Assembly (NCBI RefSeq): GCF_006345805.1
Contig: NC_042998.1
Coordinates: 3,596,001-3,660,000, forward strand
Direction of reading: 5' to 3'
DNA length: 64,000 nucleotides
From: Octopus sinensis
Lineage: Eukaryota
The notes under the pieces were generated by a model. The model ran no database searches. It saw nothing but the letters and a program-made list of their open reading frames with translations, and was not told the origin of the DNA. A program made the translations under genes and the position numbers. This document shows positions 1 through 12,756 of the stretch, piece by piece; the first letter of the stretch is position 1, and every line of letters begins with the position of its first letter.

Positions 1-178
1 AATAGTAATAATAACAACAAAAACAAAATAATAATAAAAATAATAACAAAATAACAACAACAACAAATAATAACAACAACAAGACCAAAATAATAATAAC
101 AACAAGAACAAAGTAATAATAATGATGATAATAATAATAATAATAATGATAATAAGCATGATGATGATAATGATGGTG
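1..178. repeat. Degenerate (AAT/AAC/GAT)n trinucleotide microsatellite
   Basis: Visible aataataac/aatgatgat runs. Confidence 0.95.
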
Positions 179-515
179 GTTTTTAACATTGGCACAGTGC
201 CAAAAGGAATGGTACAGACGATTGAGTAAAATTCCAGTATCTTGCCAGCTACTTATAAGTTCAACTGCAGTGAAGGTTAAAAATCAACTGTACAGCAACA
301 GGAAAAAGCAGAAAGGCATCCATACTGTTTTGGAACGGTGTGACTTAAGCTTTTTTTATTCCGTTTACAGCTCTTACTGCCTGTTTCTTTTCTATTTTTC
401 TTTTTCCTTCAGTATCATTAAGGTGACATTTGGAATATATAGAATATAAATTAACATGAACATTTGAAATAAATTTTAAACTTAGATCACTTTTAAACAG
501 GAAATTTGTACGATA

Positions 516-659
516 GAATCAGATGCAGTTTGTATCAGAAGGGTTTAGAGCATTGGACAGAAAACTTTGGGCTATATATATGTGTGTATATATATATATA
601 TAGCCCAAAGTTTTCTGTCCAATGCTCTAAACCCTTCTGATACAAACTGCATCTGATTC
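516..659. repeat. Perfect inverted repeat (57 bp arms) around a (TA)/(TG) core
   Basis: 516-572 (gaatcagatgc...aactttgggc) is the exact reverse complement of 603-659. Confidence 0.95.
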
Positions 660-1008
660 CAAATACGCCAGCTAAACTAAGTTGTAATGTCTATTAGTCG
701 TAAGACACCCGCTGTTTTTGTCCTGTTTTTACCATTATTGTTTTTTGTATTTTATATTCGTGTGGCATCGTCCGTTTTTCTGTCCCTGTTTCGTATACAT
801 TCGATCCTTTTTCCAAGAAATCTAATGCTCGTAGCTTAGTTTTTCCTTGGGGCTGGCCGGATCGGAGCGATCTCAAGATTAATCAGCCGAAATTACTAGG
901 ATGATCTGGTTCTTGACTGAAGATTGAAGGCTTCGAATGTCCCGTCCGTGTTTTTTTGTATCGTCTTCTAAATGTTTTACGTTCTTGTCCCAGTTTGTAT
1001 TTTTCTAC
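660..1008 (+). mobile_element. Putative Penelope-like element 3' tail/pLTR fragment ending in (TA)n
   Basis: Homologous to the reverse complement of 25311-25640. Contains gactgaaga...ttcgaatgtc and a T-rich end running into (TA)n. The PLE assignment is inferred from recalled PLE terminal motifs. Confidence 0.5.
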
Positions 1009-1021
1009 ATATAATATATAT

Positions 1022-1056
<35 letters not shown>

Positions 1057-1089
1057 TATGTGGGTGTGTGTGTGTGTGTGTGTGTATAT

Positions 1090-1377
1090 AATTTAGAGAA
1101 AAACCTCTATTAAACAATTCAATAAAGATGTTACTCACACCATGTAGAAAACATACACCATAAAAAAACATATATTATAAGAAAACTTATTCTAAAAATC
1201 AATAACGTACGATAATTAGTAAATAATAGTTGTACTACTGTTTACTATTTATTGTACTTTATTGATTTTTAGAATAAGTTTTTTTATAATCTATGTTTTT
1301 TATAGTATATGTTTTCTATATGGTGTGAATAACATCTTTCTTTATTGAATTGCTTAATAGAAGTTTTTATCTAAATT
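1090..1377. mobile_element. Fold-back (palindromic) element embedded in (TA)n
   Basis: aatttagagaaaaacc... at the left and ...gtttttatctaaatt at the right; imperfect inverted arms cover nearly the whole length; TA tracts on both sides. Confidence 0.8.
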
Positions 1378-1734
1378 ATATATATATATATATTGTGAAA
1401 TTTGATTTAAAATTGTTAAACTAAATTTTTCCCTGTAAGTTTTGGAATTATATTCCCTACTATTATATATATATGTGTGTGTGTGTGTATCCCAGTTTCT
1501 TGGTCACTGATTTCAAATACTGCTGAGATCAACTTTGCATTTCTGGCACTCGGAGGTCGACAAGTAAAGTTCGAGTTTAGGGCGACCATTTGGCAGAATT
1601 GTTAGACCATCGGACTGGACGTCTTCAGTATCTTTTCCGACTCTTTGCATTCTAACAGACGACGTATGTGATGTCATTAGTGTATATCTGTATTGCCGTA
1701 ACGTGATAAATAAATTATAAATAATAGTTAGGCA

Positions 1735-1914
1735 CAGGGCCATCAGTTTTTGAAGGGAGGGGTAAGTCGAAACTCAGCACTTGAATAGTTCTCATTTTAT
1801 TGATTACGAAAAACAAAGTCGACCTCGGAAGAGTTTGAGCTCAGAACGTAAAGACAAACGGAATGCTGGTAAGTATTTTGCCAGGCGTGCTAACGCTTTT
1901 GCTAGCTCACTGCC
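1735..1914 (-). mobile_element. tRNA-derived SINE, group B, degenerate
   Basis: Reverse complement of ggcagtgagctagc...ttctgagctcaaactcttccgaggtcgactttg. Confidence 0.75.
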
Positions 1915-3689
1915 TTAAAATAAATTACAATAATAAAATTCACTTAATGATTACCACTTCATATACATTATGATATATAAATTCCTGGGCATCACTCTAA
2001 CAAAACCGCTCTTAAGAATGGGTGGGCTTGTTTTCTCCTTGAGGAATACACACATTCAAAAGAAAAACATTATAGTATATTGTTGTGTGTTTAAGGAACT
2101 GTATACTTCTGAACCGTACATTAAATGCGTATATTATTTTTACTCTAGTTGCGCTGGTTGATGTTGTTCCTCTTTCAAAATAAAGAGGCGTTGCTGAGGT
2201 CCCCCGGAGATGAACTTTCTAGGGGCAGATCCCTTGTCTTAAGAGATATACAGAGGCCCCGAGTTGTTGGTTTTAGCTTGTATGTCACACCAGTCGATAT
2301 TATAAGTACCATGGAAAAAGTTGTTTGGCATCTGCATTGAACCTGTAGTGTTTTTGCTACAGACAACGTGGGATCCACCATGTGAACGTTTGACATGCTA
2401 GAGATAGGAGCCAAATATTCATTAAATCAATCTTATCTTAAAAAGAGAATAACAAATTGTATATAAAAAATAGACGTTGATTATAGAACCTTTTCAATGA
2501 AGATTGACCTGGAATTGAACGCTAGCACACGCCAGCTCTTCAAAGCACAAAACACTCAGAATTGCGTCAGTTGTGTCTCCTCTAACTGCTGCTCTTTCTA
2601 TCCTGCATTAACAGTCTCATTGTTTTTGCTTCTGCGTACACGTTAGGCTACATCTCTGGAATGGCATATTAGGGACGTAACGCTTTTCATTGAAGGAACA
2701 TACCAATTTCCAAATCTATGCTGACCCCTTCGGACCTGAAGATCAGTGTCGCTTCTCATAGAACACTCCTACTTTTACTCTTGTATTGCGCTCACCCATT
2801 TATTTCAGTATAAACCTATAAACTATAGTCTTCATAGCACTGCTTCTACTCGTCGTTTTGTTTCGTCTTCGATCTTGAAAATAAGCGAACGCCACTGCAT
2901 TCTTTCTCTTGGTCCGATTGAAGCCCCCACTTCCACATATCGGTCAGTGTCTGTCTGTTCATCTTCTATGGTTATGGAAGACTTCCATTCTCTTCGAGGT
3001 AGAAGTGTGTCACATATGACCTTTTCCGACTTTAGACTAATGCATCGTGCAAGGATACAAAGCTCTTTGTAAGCACAACACTGCCAAGAGTTCTTTTCTC
3101 CGTTTACCCATTCCCTCTCCCAAAGCGCCTTTTTTGAAGCGATATCTACAATGCTGTTTGTGTGTGCGTGCGCACGAGCGAGTGTACGGATGTGTCTGTA
3201 CACATATACAAAGCTCTGTGTGTTGCTATTGCTAACTGAAACACTGAAACTGTTCTTTTACTATCATGATCAACAAAGAGGTCTTTCTTTTCCAATTAAA
3301 TTGCATGTATCTTTGTGCAAAGTATTCTAGTTCACATTCATTTTTCTTTTTTGTTGTCAAAGTTTTAGATAGAGAGGACGTTGCCTCTATCTTGCATCAG
3401 CATTTTGTGCCGTAAACAAACTAATCAATTTTTAAAAAGATATATTGTTCTAAGATATTTCTTGCTTGTCACCTAAACCGGGCAAAACGTGTTAAAATAC
3501 AGTTTATATCTTCCTTTTGTATGTGATATGACAAAACAAATAATACAATTTGTTGGCTAAATAGGCATAAAATGGAATCCAAACATGGGAGTTGCGTATA
3601 ATCACGTTTGTCTAGGACAAGAAGCAACAGCAATAAATACAATTTTAAATTTAGGTTCAAGGGCAAGAATTTTAAGAGAAGTGGGTTAG

Positions 3690-3850
3690 CGGATTGCATC
3701 GACTGACCCTATTGAGTGGCACTTGATTTCAATGACCCCTGGAAGGATGAAAATCAAAGCTGACATCGGTAGTGTTTGAACTCAAAATGTAAAGAATTCA
3801 GTCAAACTCTGCTAGACATTTTTTCTGCTGCTCTAACAATTCTACCAATC
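3690..3850 (-). mobile_element. SINE group B, degenerate
   Basis: tttgaactcaaaatgtaaag and ggaaggatgaaaatcaaagctgac match the reverse complement of the group B core. Confidence 0.6.
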
Positions 3851-4895
3851 CAGTTTCGTTTGCTTCTTTTGGAAATCCAATTTTGTTTGCTTTTTTTTTC
3901 TAGTTGGACAAAAAGATCATCTTTTAAGCACTGGCAAACGGTGGGTGGGTGGGTGGGTGGTGGTTAGTATTTTGATATTCTTTAGGGAGACGCAGAAATA
4001 TATTGTCGAACAAGTTAATTTATCATCTATGTACTGTAAAGCTGGGCCACCATATGATATTTGGCTCAAAAGAGCCTTTCTGTTACCGATCAATCTGCTA
4101 GAAATAACCAAATTTTTCTCTAGCTCACACAAAGCTGTCCCCTTTTTGAGATTGATAGGACGCATAAAATAATTAAGCTGTATATAATAGCATGTAAATA
4201 ATTAATACTCCTAAAAAATACCAGCGATCACAGTTGACTTTGGACTACAGTAAATAAATAAATAAAAACAGTAATCCGAAGAACTATGGCACCAGCATTC
4301 CGATACAAGTGTCTACAATCAACTCCATTTCAGTTGTCCCCACTTGCAATCCTAATCAGTATTCGCTTCTCAGAAACTGTAATTAGCACCAGTTTATATA
4401 AAATTTGATTTTTTCTTCTAGTATTGAATCCATCTATCAATAAATGCTTGCTGTTGTTTACTCACTCTGCTAACTCACTCTCTCTCATACACACAAACAC
4501 TCGCTTTCCTGCCCTCTCATAGGCACCGAGAGTTCTTGTATATGTTTCTCATCATGTAAAACAGTGCGTTGGAACAAATATTGTTGTACTTCACGAGGGT
4601 TGCACAACCAATTATATACAGGCATTGAATCTAACTTTTTTTTTTTAATAATTAATTATCTAACAACAAGGAACATGTGCAACTGTTTTTATTGCCAGAG
4701 TGAACCATCCAGAATACAACTGTATGATGTATATGTGAGTATACATACATGGTCATACTCGGAAGTGAGTCGGCTTCCAACAAATACATACCTATTTACA
4801 TACACACGCGCATGAATGTGGGTGTGTACAAATGTATGCGTGCATGTGTGAATACACACACACACACACACACACACATTTTTGTAAATAGTAAG

Positions 4896-4926
<31 letters not shown>

Positions 4927-4986
4927 AAGAATAAAGGTAATGGTATGCAGCTTCGTAACAATCCTTATTGTTTATATATATATATA

Positions 4987-5169
4987 TCTTACACTTGTTT
5001 TAGTCATTTGACTGCGGCCATGCTGGAGCACCGCCTTTAGTCGAGCAAATCGACCCCAGAATTAATTCTTTGTAAGCCTAGTACTTATTCTAGCGGTTCT
5101 TTTGCTGAACCGCTAAGTTATGGGGACGTAAACACACCAGCATCGTTTGTCAAGCGATGTTGGGGAGAT

Positions 5170-5172
<3 letters not shown>
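4987..5172 (-). mobile_element. SINE group A, 3' half only
   Basis: tagtcatttgactgcggccatgctggagcaccgcc...gtcaagcgatgttgggg is the reverse complement of the group A tail. Confidence 0.9.
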
Positions 5173-5208
<36 letters not shown>

Positions 5209-5235
5209 ACACACACACACACCACACACACACAC

Positions 5236-5281
<46 letters not shown>

Positions 5282-5302
5282 CTATATATATATATATATA
5301 TA

Positions 5303-5338
<36 letters not shown>

Positions 5339-5340
5339 CT
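5172..5340. repeat. Compound (CA)n/(TACA)n/(TA)n microsatellite
   Basis: Directly visible. Confidence 0.95.
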
Positions 5341-6061
5341 TGACGTCATAATAATTTATAGACTACGAGAGAACATAGAAAAGTGGATCTCGAAACAAGC
5401 TATACATAATAGCATGCAAACATTTGGTTCAAAAACTCTTTGGATAGAAAAGCTCAAAGGGTGCATGTGGAACAAACTCACATCCCCTCTAAGTATAAGT
5501 GTGATAGGTCTTATATAGCGCTGGATTATCCCTTAAGTAAAATAAGCATTGTTTAGGGCATCGAGGGAAGGGTGTGCACCAACCGAATTGTAAATAGTTT
5601 GCGGCTATTAGAACTCGTTTTAAACTTGCTAAAGTAAGCATTATTGAGTGTGCCTCTCCAAATGTGTACATCACCGTTCGTATATTTTTATCATTAATGG
5701 TCACAAATTACTCAGCAAAGCGTTCATTTTCTCAGTTGAAGTATATTAAAAATCTCAGCAACAACGCTGGCTGGATGCTTTATTTTTACTAAGAGAAGCA
5801 GATGCGTTACGTAAGATTAATTTTGAAGATCTTTTCAAAGACTTTGCAATTAGAGTAAGTTGGAGAAAACTTTCCAAATATGAATAAAGTGGAAGTATAC
5901 AAAAGTAAATATAATTTTCCGTTTTACTGTTAGTTTTGTTTCATTTTAAAAACTGAAAATTTACTTTATGGTTTATTATTTTTCATAAATTGGTTTACAT
6001 AAATGTGGAGGCACTAAAACCTTTTAAGTGCTTAGAGCCTCTATGAGTCTTAATCCGGCCC

Positions 6062-6432
6062 TGGTGTGACTTTGTGGTAAGTAGCTTGCTAACCAACTAG
6101 GTTTCCAGGTTCAGTCCTTGGCGAGTGTCTTCTACTATAGCATCGGGCCGACCAAAGCCTTGTGAGTGGATTTGGTAGATGGAGACTGAAAGAGGCCCGT
6201 CGTATATACAAATATATGTGTGTTTGTGTGTCCGTGTTTTCCCCCACCAGCGCTTGACAACCGATGCTGGTGTGTTTACGTCCCCGTAACTTAGCGGTTC
6301 GGCAAAAGAGATCGATAGAATAAGTACTAGGCTTCCAAAGAATAAAACCTGGGGTCGATTTGCTCGACTAAAGGCGGTGCTCCAGGATGGCCGCAGTCAA
6401 ATGACTGAAACAAGTAAAAGAAAAGAATAAAA
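6062..6432 (+). mobile_element. SINE group A (tRNA head, CORE-like middle, internal (TA)(TG) tract, LINE-derived tail)
   Basis: gtggtaagtagcttgctaacc...ggcgagtgtcttctactatagc...aaatgactgaaacaagtaaaag, matching the other group A copies. Confidence 0.9.
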
Positions 6433-6499
6433 GAAATATATATATATGCATATATATATATATATATATATATGCATATATATATATATATATATATGC

Positions 6500-6665
6500 A
6501 TATGGGTACAGGTCATCATAGAACGAAAACAATAGGAAATACGAACATTTTTTTTTTTTGCGAACAACGAAAGAAACAAATGGAAAACAGGACAAGCAAC
6601 ATAACGAACGACCCTTCATCAGTTGTCAGCTGTTTTTCTACTCCGTATTTCGAGCAATTCATACA
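6500..6665 (-). mobile_element. Putative Penelope-like tail fragment abutting (TA)n
   Basis: Minus strand gctcgaaatacggagtaga...actgatgaagggtc followed by T-rich sequence into (TA)n. Confidence 0.45.
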
Positions 6666-8000
6666 CAGACACATGTCTGTGAGCGGGTGTGTTTATAAGT
6701 ATGTGTATGTATAAATCGGTGAGGGATGACAGAATAATCGCTGCATCGATCCAAAACACTGTGCTGTGTAGGTGTTGTTTTATAATTCCTTTCAGCCGCG
6801 TTCCTTTACAGCGCGTCGACTTTTCCTTCCGTCTTCATCCGTGCGAAACCAATAGCATAAATACCTGACAGAAATTTGGGGTTGTTAACATCGGTGGGAT
6901 TTAATCCCATCGAAGATCGTGCTTCAGCGTGGCCGCAAGGAAATCTAAGAATAATATTTATTTTTGATTTTATAAAAGTAGAAAGATATGCAAAATTAAT
7001 GAAGTATGTGTGTGTTTATTTATTATTACCGCTAGCATGTAAGATGCAACAAGAAAAAAAAAACGAGAAAAAAAGATAAAGAGAGAAAAGCGGTGAGGAA
7101 GTTTTCATTATATCTGCTTCTGGTGGAATCATGCTGTTTTAATAGTCAGGTGTGACTAAGGTGCGTGTCTATTTTAATACAAGAATAGCACCTGTGAGTG
7201 TGTATGCTTTCCTCGGCCATTAACGAGAAGGTTGCTTCGCATCACATTGTATTTGGCTGTTGGAATTGTGTCAAGGATATACAAGAACAGCAGAAGATTG
7301 CCAGATGGTTTTGAGCAGAGTGGGTGCATTTATTTTTGCATATTTGTGTACATTTGCTTTCGAATATATTTGTATGTAGGTGGATATAGGTTAGTATCTA
7401 TCCGCAAATTTTCTGTTTATAGCATACTCGTATACAGCGAATAACGTATACCTATTTTTATTGTCAACAATGTTTTAATTATATATAAGCGACGGAAGTG
7501 ATATTAGTGTCGAAAGGCAATCTTCGTATCCTACTTCACGTGGACGTATTATTAGAACGCCGTATTCGTCTTGAGAGGCAATTTCATAGATGTACATAGC
7601 TAAGAGCACAGGTAAATATCTCTAACAGACAAAAATCATTTAGCATGGGTGCCAGAACTGCTAAAAATCAGCACATCTGCGATTTTTCAGTGGTGGGCGA
7701 TCGCTTTCCTTCCTCATACCAGCTGAATCTCACTGCTAAATTTATATAGAAGCGCAGTGACCGTTCAGCCATTGATGTCGCAAATAGCCAGAAGGCTTTT
7801 TACAAAATAAATATTAGTGACGGAAGTGGTAATGTTTACGTAGATGTATTATTCGATTTACTGGCAAGATGCGAGGAGACACCTACCTCTCAAGAAGGGC
7901 ATGTATCCTGAGATATCGTGATCTGGAACGTCTGGTGCTCATACTCGACGATTCTCGAATGCTAGCAGTAATTTCTGTGCTCTTAGCATTGTACCTCTAA

Positions 8001-8170
8001 ATGTGGTTGGTAAGCAAGCTACTTACCACACAGCCACTCGACGGATTTCCAAATTCACTCACAATGCATTGGTCAACCCGGGACTGTAGTAAGAGACACC
8101 TACCCAAGGTGCCGCAGATTGGTACTGAACTCAAAACCTCGTTGTTGCTAAGCGATATTCTTAATCTTAC
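8001..8170 (-). mobile_element. SINE group A head fragments
   Basis: gcaagctacttaccacacagccactc and cccaaggtgccgcag...actgaac match the reverse complement of the head. Confidence 0.75.
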
Positions 8171-8363
8171 CTGTATTACGTAAGATAGAAGTAAACCGTC
8201 CGAAGGGATATTTTCATTATCTTAGTTTATATTATATCGTGAGTGTTAGTTTTTTTTAATTATTTTACTGATATAGTTATGCTCGTAATTCATAAAAATT
8301 AATGCTAGAATGGCTGGATTAGGCATCCCCCCTCTTCATAGGTTTTCGAAGAAAACTGCCTTT

Positions 8364-8770
8364 GTGTGGCTGTGTGGTAAGTAGCTTGCTAACCAACCAC
8401 ATGGTTCCAGGTTCAGTCCCACTGCGTGGCATCTTGGGCAAGTGTCTTCTGCTATAGCTCCGGGCCGACCAATGCCTTGTGAGTGGATTTGGTAGACGGA
8501 AACTGAAAGAAGCCTGTCTTATATATGTATATATATATATATGTATGTATGTATGTGTTTGTGTGTTTGTACCCCTAGCATTACTTGACAACCGATGCTG
8601 GTGTGTTTACGACCCCGTCACTTAGCGGTTCGGCAAAAGAGACCGATAGAATAAGTACTGGGCTTACAAAGAATAAGTCCCGGGGTCGAGTTGCTCGATT
8701 AAAGGCGGTGCTCCAGCATGGCCGCAGTCAAATGACTGAAACAAGTAAAAGAGTAAAAGAGAGTAAAGAG
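8364..8770 (+). mobile_element. SINE group A, near full length
   Basis: A box TGGCTGTGTGG, B-box-like GGTTCAGTCC, internal TA/TG tract, tail aagtaaaagagt repeats. Confidence 0.95.
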
Positions 8771-9181
8771 AGTAGCACAATATTCATACAGTTTTGAACG
8801 GTATGGTTCTTTATTATTTTTCCGTCGCAGAAATTTTGGTGAATTTATGCCATTGTTATGAGAAGAACTTTTATTCCACTGTATTGCAACGTCAAAAATA
8901 GAATCGATTGTTTATTATTCTTTTATAAAGGACACCATCTGATACTTGGTTTATTTGTTCCTTCTAATATTATTTAATATATATATTATTGTTTTCTACA
9001 AAAATTAACTCTAATTAACTAAAATTAACCTCGTGATGTCTGTTACTAAGTGTCAAATTGACTTACAGGCAGTAAAGGTCTCATATTTTTATGTTTAATA
9101 CGAAAATGATGCGATGCTGAAGGATAAAATATCATTTGACTCGTTTACATAGTTCATGTTTGTTTTTTGTTTTGTTTTTGA

Positions 9182-9352
9182 GGCGCAGGAGTGGCTGTGT
9201 GGTAAGTAGCTTGCTAACCAACCACATGGTTCCAGGTTCAGTCCCACTGCGTGGAATTTTGGGCAAGTGTCTTCTGCTATGGCCCAGGGCCGACCAAAGT
9301 CTTGTGAGTGGATTTGGTAGACGGAAACTGAAAGAAGCCTGTCGTATATATG

Positions 9353-9389
<37 letters not shown>

Positions 9390-9591
9390 TTGTGTGTCTG
9401 TGTTTGTCTCCCTAGCATTGCTTGACAACCGATGCTGGTGTGTTTACGTCCCCGTCACTTAGCGGTTCGGCAAAAGAGACCGATAGAATAAGTACTGGGC
9501 TTACAAAGAATAAGTCCCGGGTTCGATTTGCTCGACTAAAGGCGGTGCTCCAGCATGGCCGCAGTCAAATGACTGAAACAAGTAAAAGAGT

Positions 9592-9592
<1 letters not shown>
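9182..9592 (+). mobile_element. SINE group A, full length
   Basis: ggcgcaggagtggctgtgtgg... to ...gactgaaacaagtaaaagagt; near-identical to the 8364, 11996 and 46542 copies. Confidence 0.95.
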
Positions 9593-9635
<43 letters not shown>

Positions 9636-9984
9636 TGCTCGATGTGTTTCTCAGTTCAATATCCATCAAGGTCCAGTTTGTCCTTTTCGGCATTTTACAT
9701 TCTGAGTTCAAATCCCACCGTGGTCAACTTTACTTTTCAGCCCTTCGAAGACGAAAAAATAAGATACTAGTCTAGTACTGGGATCAGTGGCATAGAATAA
9801 CCCCACTCCACAAAAATGTTAACCTTGCGCCGAAATAAAAAAAAAAAAAAAAATCCCTACGTGGTTAGTTCGACTAACAACAGCAACGGAAGTAGTAATG
9901 GTAGTATAATAACACAAATTATATTTCGTGGCTTTTCTGTCAATATTTTCTAAGAAAATAGATCTCAACAAAACACAAACATTA

Positions 9985-10600
9985 TTTTATGTAAGGAACT
10001 CTCTTATATTCTTTCCTAGTTGCGAAGATCTTCTGTAGTCTCTTACAGGAATATTTTTTTCTGGGAGCCGTAAAATAAATATTAGGGTACTTGGCATTCC
10101 AAGCACAACAGGAACTACCTTTACTTCAAATTCTCTGCTACCTTTCATCTCGATATCACACAAACGCATACACACATTCTCGGCATAGTTTTTAAACGAT
10201 TGGCATCTTCTGATAGTATGATATCAATGAATGCTAATATCTTCACTTCAGGTTTTAATTGTAGATCGTTATGTCTAGTCGATTGCTGTCCTGCCTCATA
10301 TGGTTGTTATATAACTGATATTTTTGTGCGTGCTTCAAGCCATCGATGAGACATTTTACGACCGAGAGATGTCTGTGTATGTAGTTATTCAGTATGCACC
10401 TACATCTTTATGACATGTGTAACGTATTCTGTATTTGCTCTCAATATTCGTCCTTAAGTCAAATACCCGATGCCTGATTCTGTGCTTTTCAACTATAAAG
10501 CTTTGCTCAGGAATCTTCCTTAACTACCTGAGGCTGATCTAAGAGCTCAGAGAAGCACCCTGTACAGAGAGGGACTTTACGTTCAATGTTCTGACTCATT
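9985..10600 (-). mobile_element. Decayed non-LTR retrotransposon C-terminus of restriction-like-endonuclease type (R4/Dong/NeSL-like)
   Basis: Minus-strand EVKVVPVVLGMPSTL resembles the recalled V.VIPVVIGALG motif at the end of RLE ORFs. Otherwise heavily degraded. Confidence 0.4.
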
Positions 10601-11136
10601 TGTGGCATCATTCTAGCATTAGATATAACTTTTTTTTAAGTAGCGAGCTGGCAGAATCTTCAGCGTATCAGACAAAACACTGTACCCCAACAAGGAGTGG
10701 ATCTTGTGGCGGAAAGAGTCTGCATTCATATATGTATAGGATACAATTGTGACGTTGCTCAAATCCTTCCGTCAGCTCTCCTGGCAATGAAGGTGTCAGG
10801 TTCCGTAATTCAGGTTCAAAAGGCAAAGAGTCGGAACATATATGTAAAGAATATTGCCTGGTGCTATAGCACGTATACCATCCTACAACTCTAGTATTCT
10901 ACTAATAATTACATTCGTACTAATAATTTCAGTTTGACAAAGATGATTCTGCTTCTGTGCAATATTTACTTGTGTGTGAGTGTGTGCAAAAAGTGTGTTT
11001 GTACATGAAGCATTTGTATTTCACATGTGAATATCAATCTCACACATACTATTGTTAACAGAAATATTCAACGCAGGTTAAATTTTTGTAGGTCAAGATA
11101 CAAATTATAGAGATGAAAGTTTGAAAGGCAAAGCTA

Positions 11137-11220
11137 AGCACAGCAGGATTTGAACCTGCAGCGCAAAGAGCTGCAATAAACTCTGAATGCCCTTCTACCC
11201 GACTCTTTAACGACGGTGTC
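11137..11220 (-). pseudogene. tRNA-like relic (Ser/Leu-type long variable arm) or SINE head
   Basis: Minus strand gcagctctttgcgctgcaGGTTCAAATCCtgc gives a T-arm (gcagg/cctgc) with B box, but no convincing D-arm or acceptor stem. Confidence 0.3.
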
Positions 11221-11995
11221 AGTTCGATGCCTTTCTGAGATATTTTGTTTTTCAGTAATGCGTCACGTATAACTAATGCAACTGAAACGGTACAAGGATT
11301 TCGCCGTGTGTATGTGTGAGTGTATTGATCTTTATCGTGATATTGTGTTAGTATGTGCGCATAAAATGAGTTCATGGCCGTTTTCGTTTGTGCTAGTTAT
11401 CTTTTGGTTCACACGTATCATGTATTGTTGTGCGAACATGTTTTGTCATCGCTTCTCTCAATGGTTTTATAAGCATCTAACTCCTTGCATATCACATGTT
11501 GCATCTAAATACGTAACACATCATATGTGAATGTGTATTTTAAATTATACTGCAAAAATGCATTGTTTTTTTCTGTCTAATTCATCAGATTGGTCATACA
11601 CTGAAGCACTGGTGGGCGGGTTGAGTAGATGTTCTGCAGAACAACGTTCATTACTGTTAAAGGGCAAAATCGTGTTGGCTGTCATGAGTGAGTCAGTCGG
11701 TTTCAAGGTGGAGACAAGCAATGAATCACAAACAACAAGGGGTAGGTGAATGCTGAAAGTGCAATTGAAATTCCTGAGGGCAATTGGAGAGACTCCAAGA
11801 TAAACAGCATTTTGTGTGTGTATATGTGTGTGCGCGCCTTGCCGCGCGTGTTTGTGTGAGTGCGAAGTGAAATGAAAATGTGAAATGAAACATTTATTTA
11901 CTTTGATGTAACTCTATAAATTGTATTTTGCATGACAAAAGTTTAGCCTGCCTCAATATTACTAAAAGATGTTCACATATAAACATGAACATAAA

Positions 11996-12395
11996 GGTGC
12001 AGGAGTGGCTGTGTGGTAAGTAGCTTTCTTACCAACCACATGGTTCCAGGTTCAGTCCCACTGCGTGGCATCTTGGGCAAGTGTCTTCTACTATAGCCCC
12101 GAGCCGACCAATGCCTTGTGAGTGGATTTGGTAGACGGAAACTGAAAGAAGCCTGTCGTATATATGTATATATATATATGTATGTGTGTGTTTGTGTGTC
12201 TGTGTTTGTCCTCCTAGCATTGCTTGACAACCGATGCTGGAGTGTTTACGTCCTCGTCACTTAGCGGTTCGGCAAAAGAGACCGATAGAATAAGCACTGG
12301 GCTTACAAAGAATAAGTCCCGGGGTCGAGTTGCTCGACTAAAGGCGGTGCTCCAGCATGGCCGCAGTCAAATGACTGAAACAAGTAAAAGAGTTA
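11996..12395 (+). mobile_element. SINE group A, full length
   Basis: Same architecture as the 9182 copy. Confidence 0.95.
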
Positions 12396-12756
12396 AAGAT
12401 ATGCACAATTTGTGTATGTAAAGAATGGTTGTGATTTATGGGCGTCTTTTACGCACACGCGCGCGTCCAAGAATTTTTAGTGACACACCTTATTCTGAGT
12501 TCAAATCACGCCACGGTCAACTTCGCTTTGCACCCGCCCGGGATTAATAAAGTAAGTACTAGTCAAGAACTGTGATTGATTTAATTGGCTAAATCTCTGC
12601 TCCGAAAATTGGGTTCGTGTTCATGGGCGGATTCTGTCACTTTCTGTCTGCCAAATCCTCTCACAAGGCTTTCATCGGCTCCGAGCTATAGAAGACACTT
12701 GCCCAGGGTAATCAGGCAGTCGGACCGAACCCGAAACTATATGATTGAGAAGCTGC

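Noticed and set aside
395-546. piggyBac-like MITE fragment ending near GGGTTTA
   Set aside because: It resembles a remembered repeat, but no matching left terminus or TTAA TSD can be shown in the sequence.
5700-6063. hAT-like MITE ending in TTAATCCGGCCCTG
   Set aside because: Only one TIR-like end is visible; no partner end or TSD was found.
6600-6655. Type II (permuted) hammerhead from GAAA...GUA...CUGAUGA on the minus strand
   Set aside because: Stem I and stem III cannot be paired convincingly.
11137-11220. Functional tRNA gene
   Set aside because: Only the T-arm and B box are convincing; there is no proper acceptor stem or D-arm. Kept only as a low-confidence relic.
11585-11920. Promoter (CCAAT-like, GC box, AP-1-like and TATA-like words)
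   Set aside because: Short motifs expected by chance, with no associated first exon or transcript evidence.
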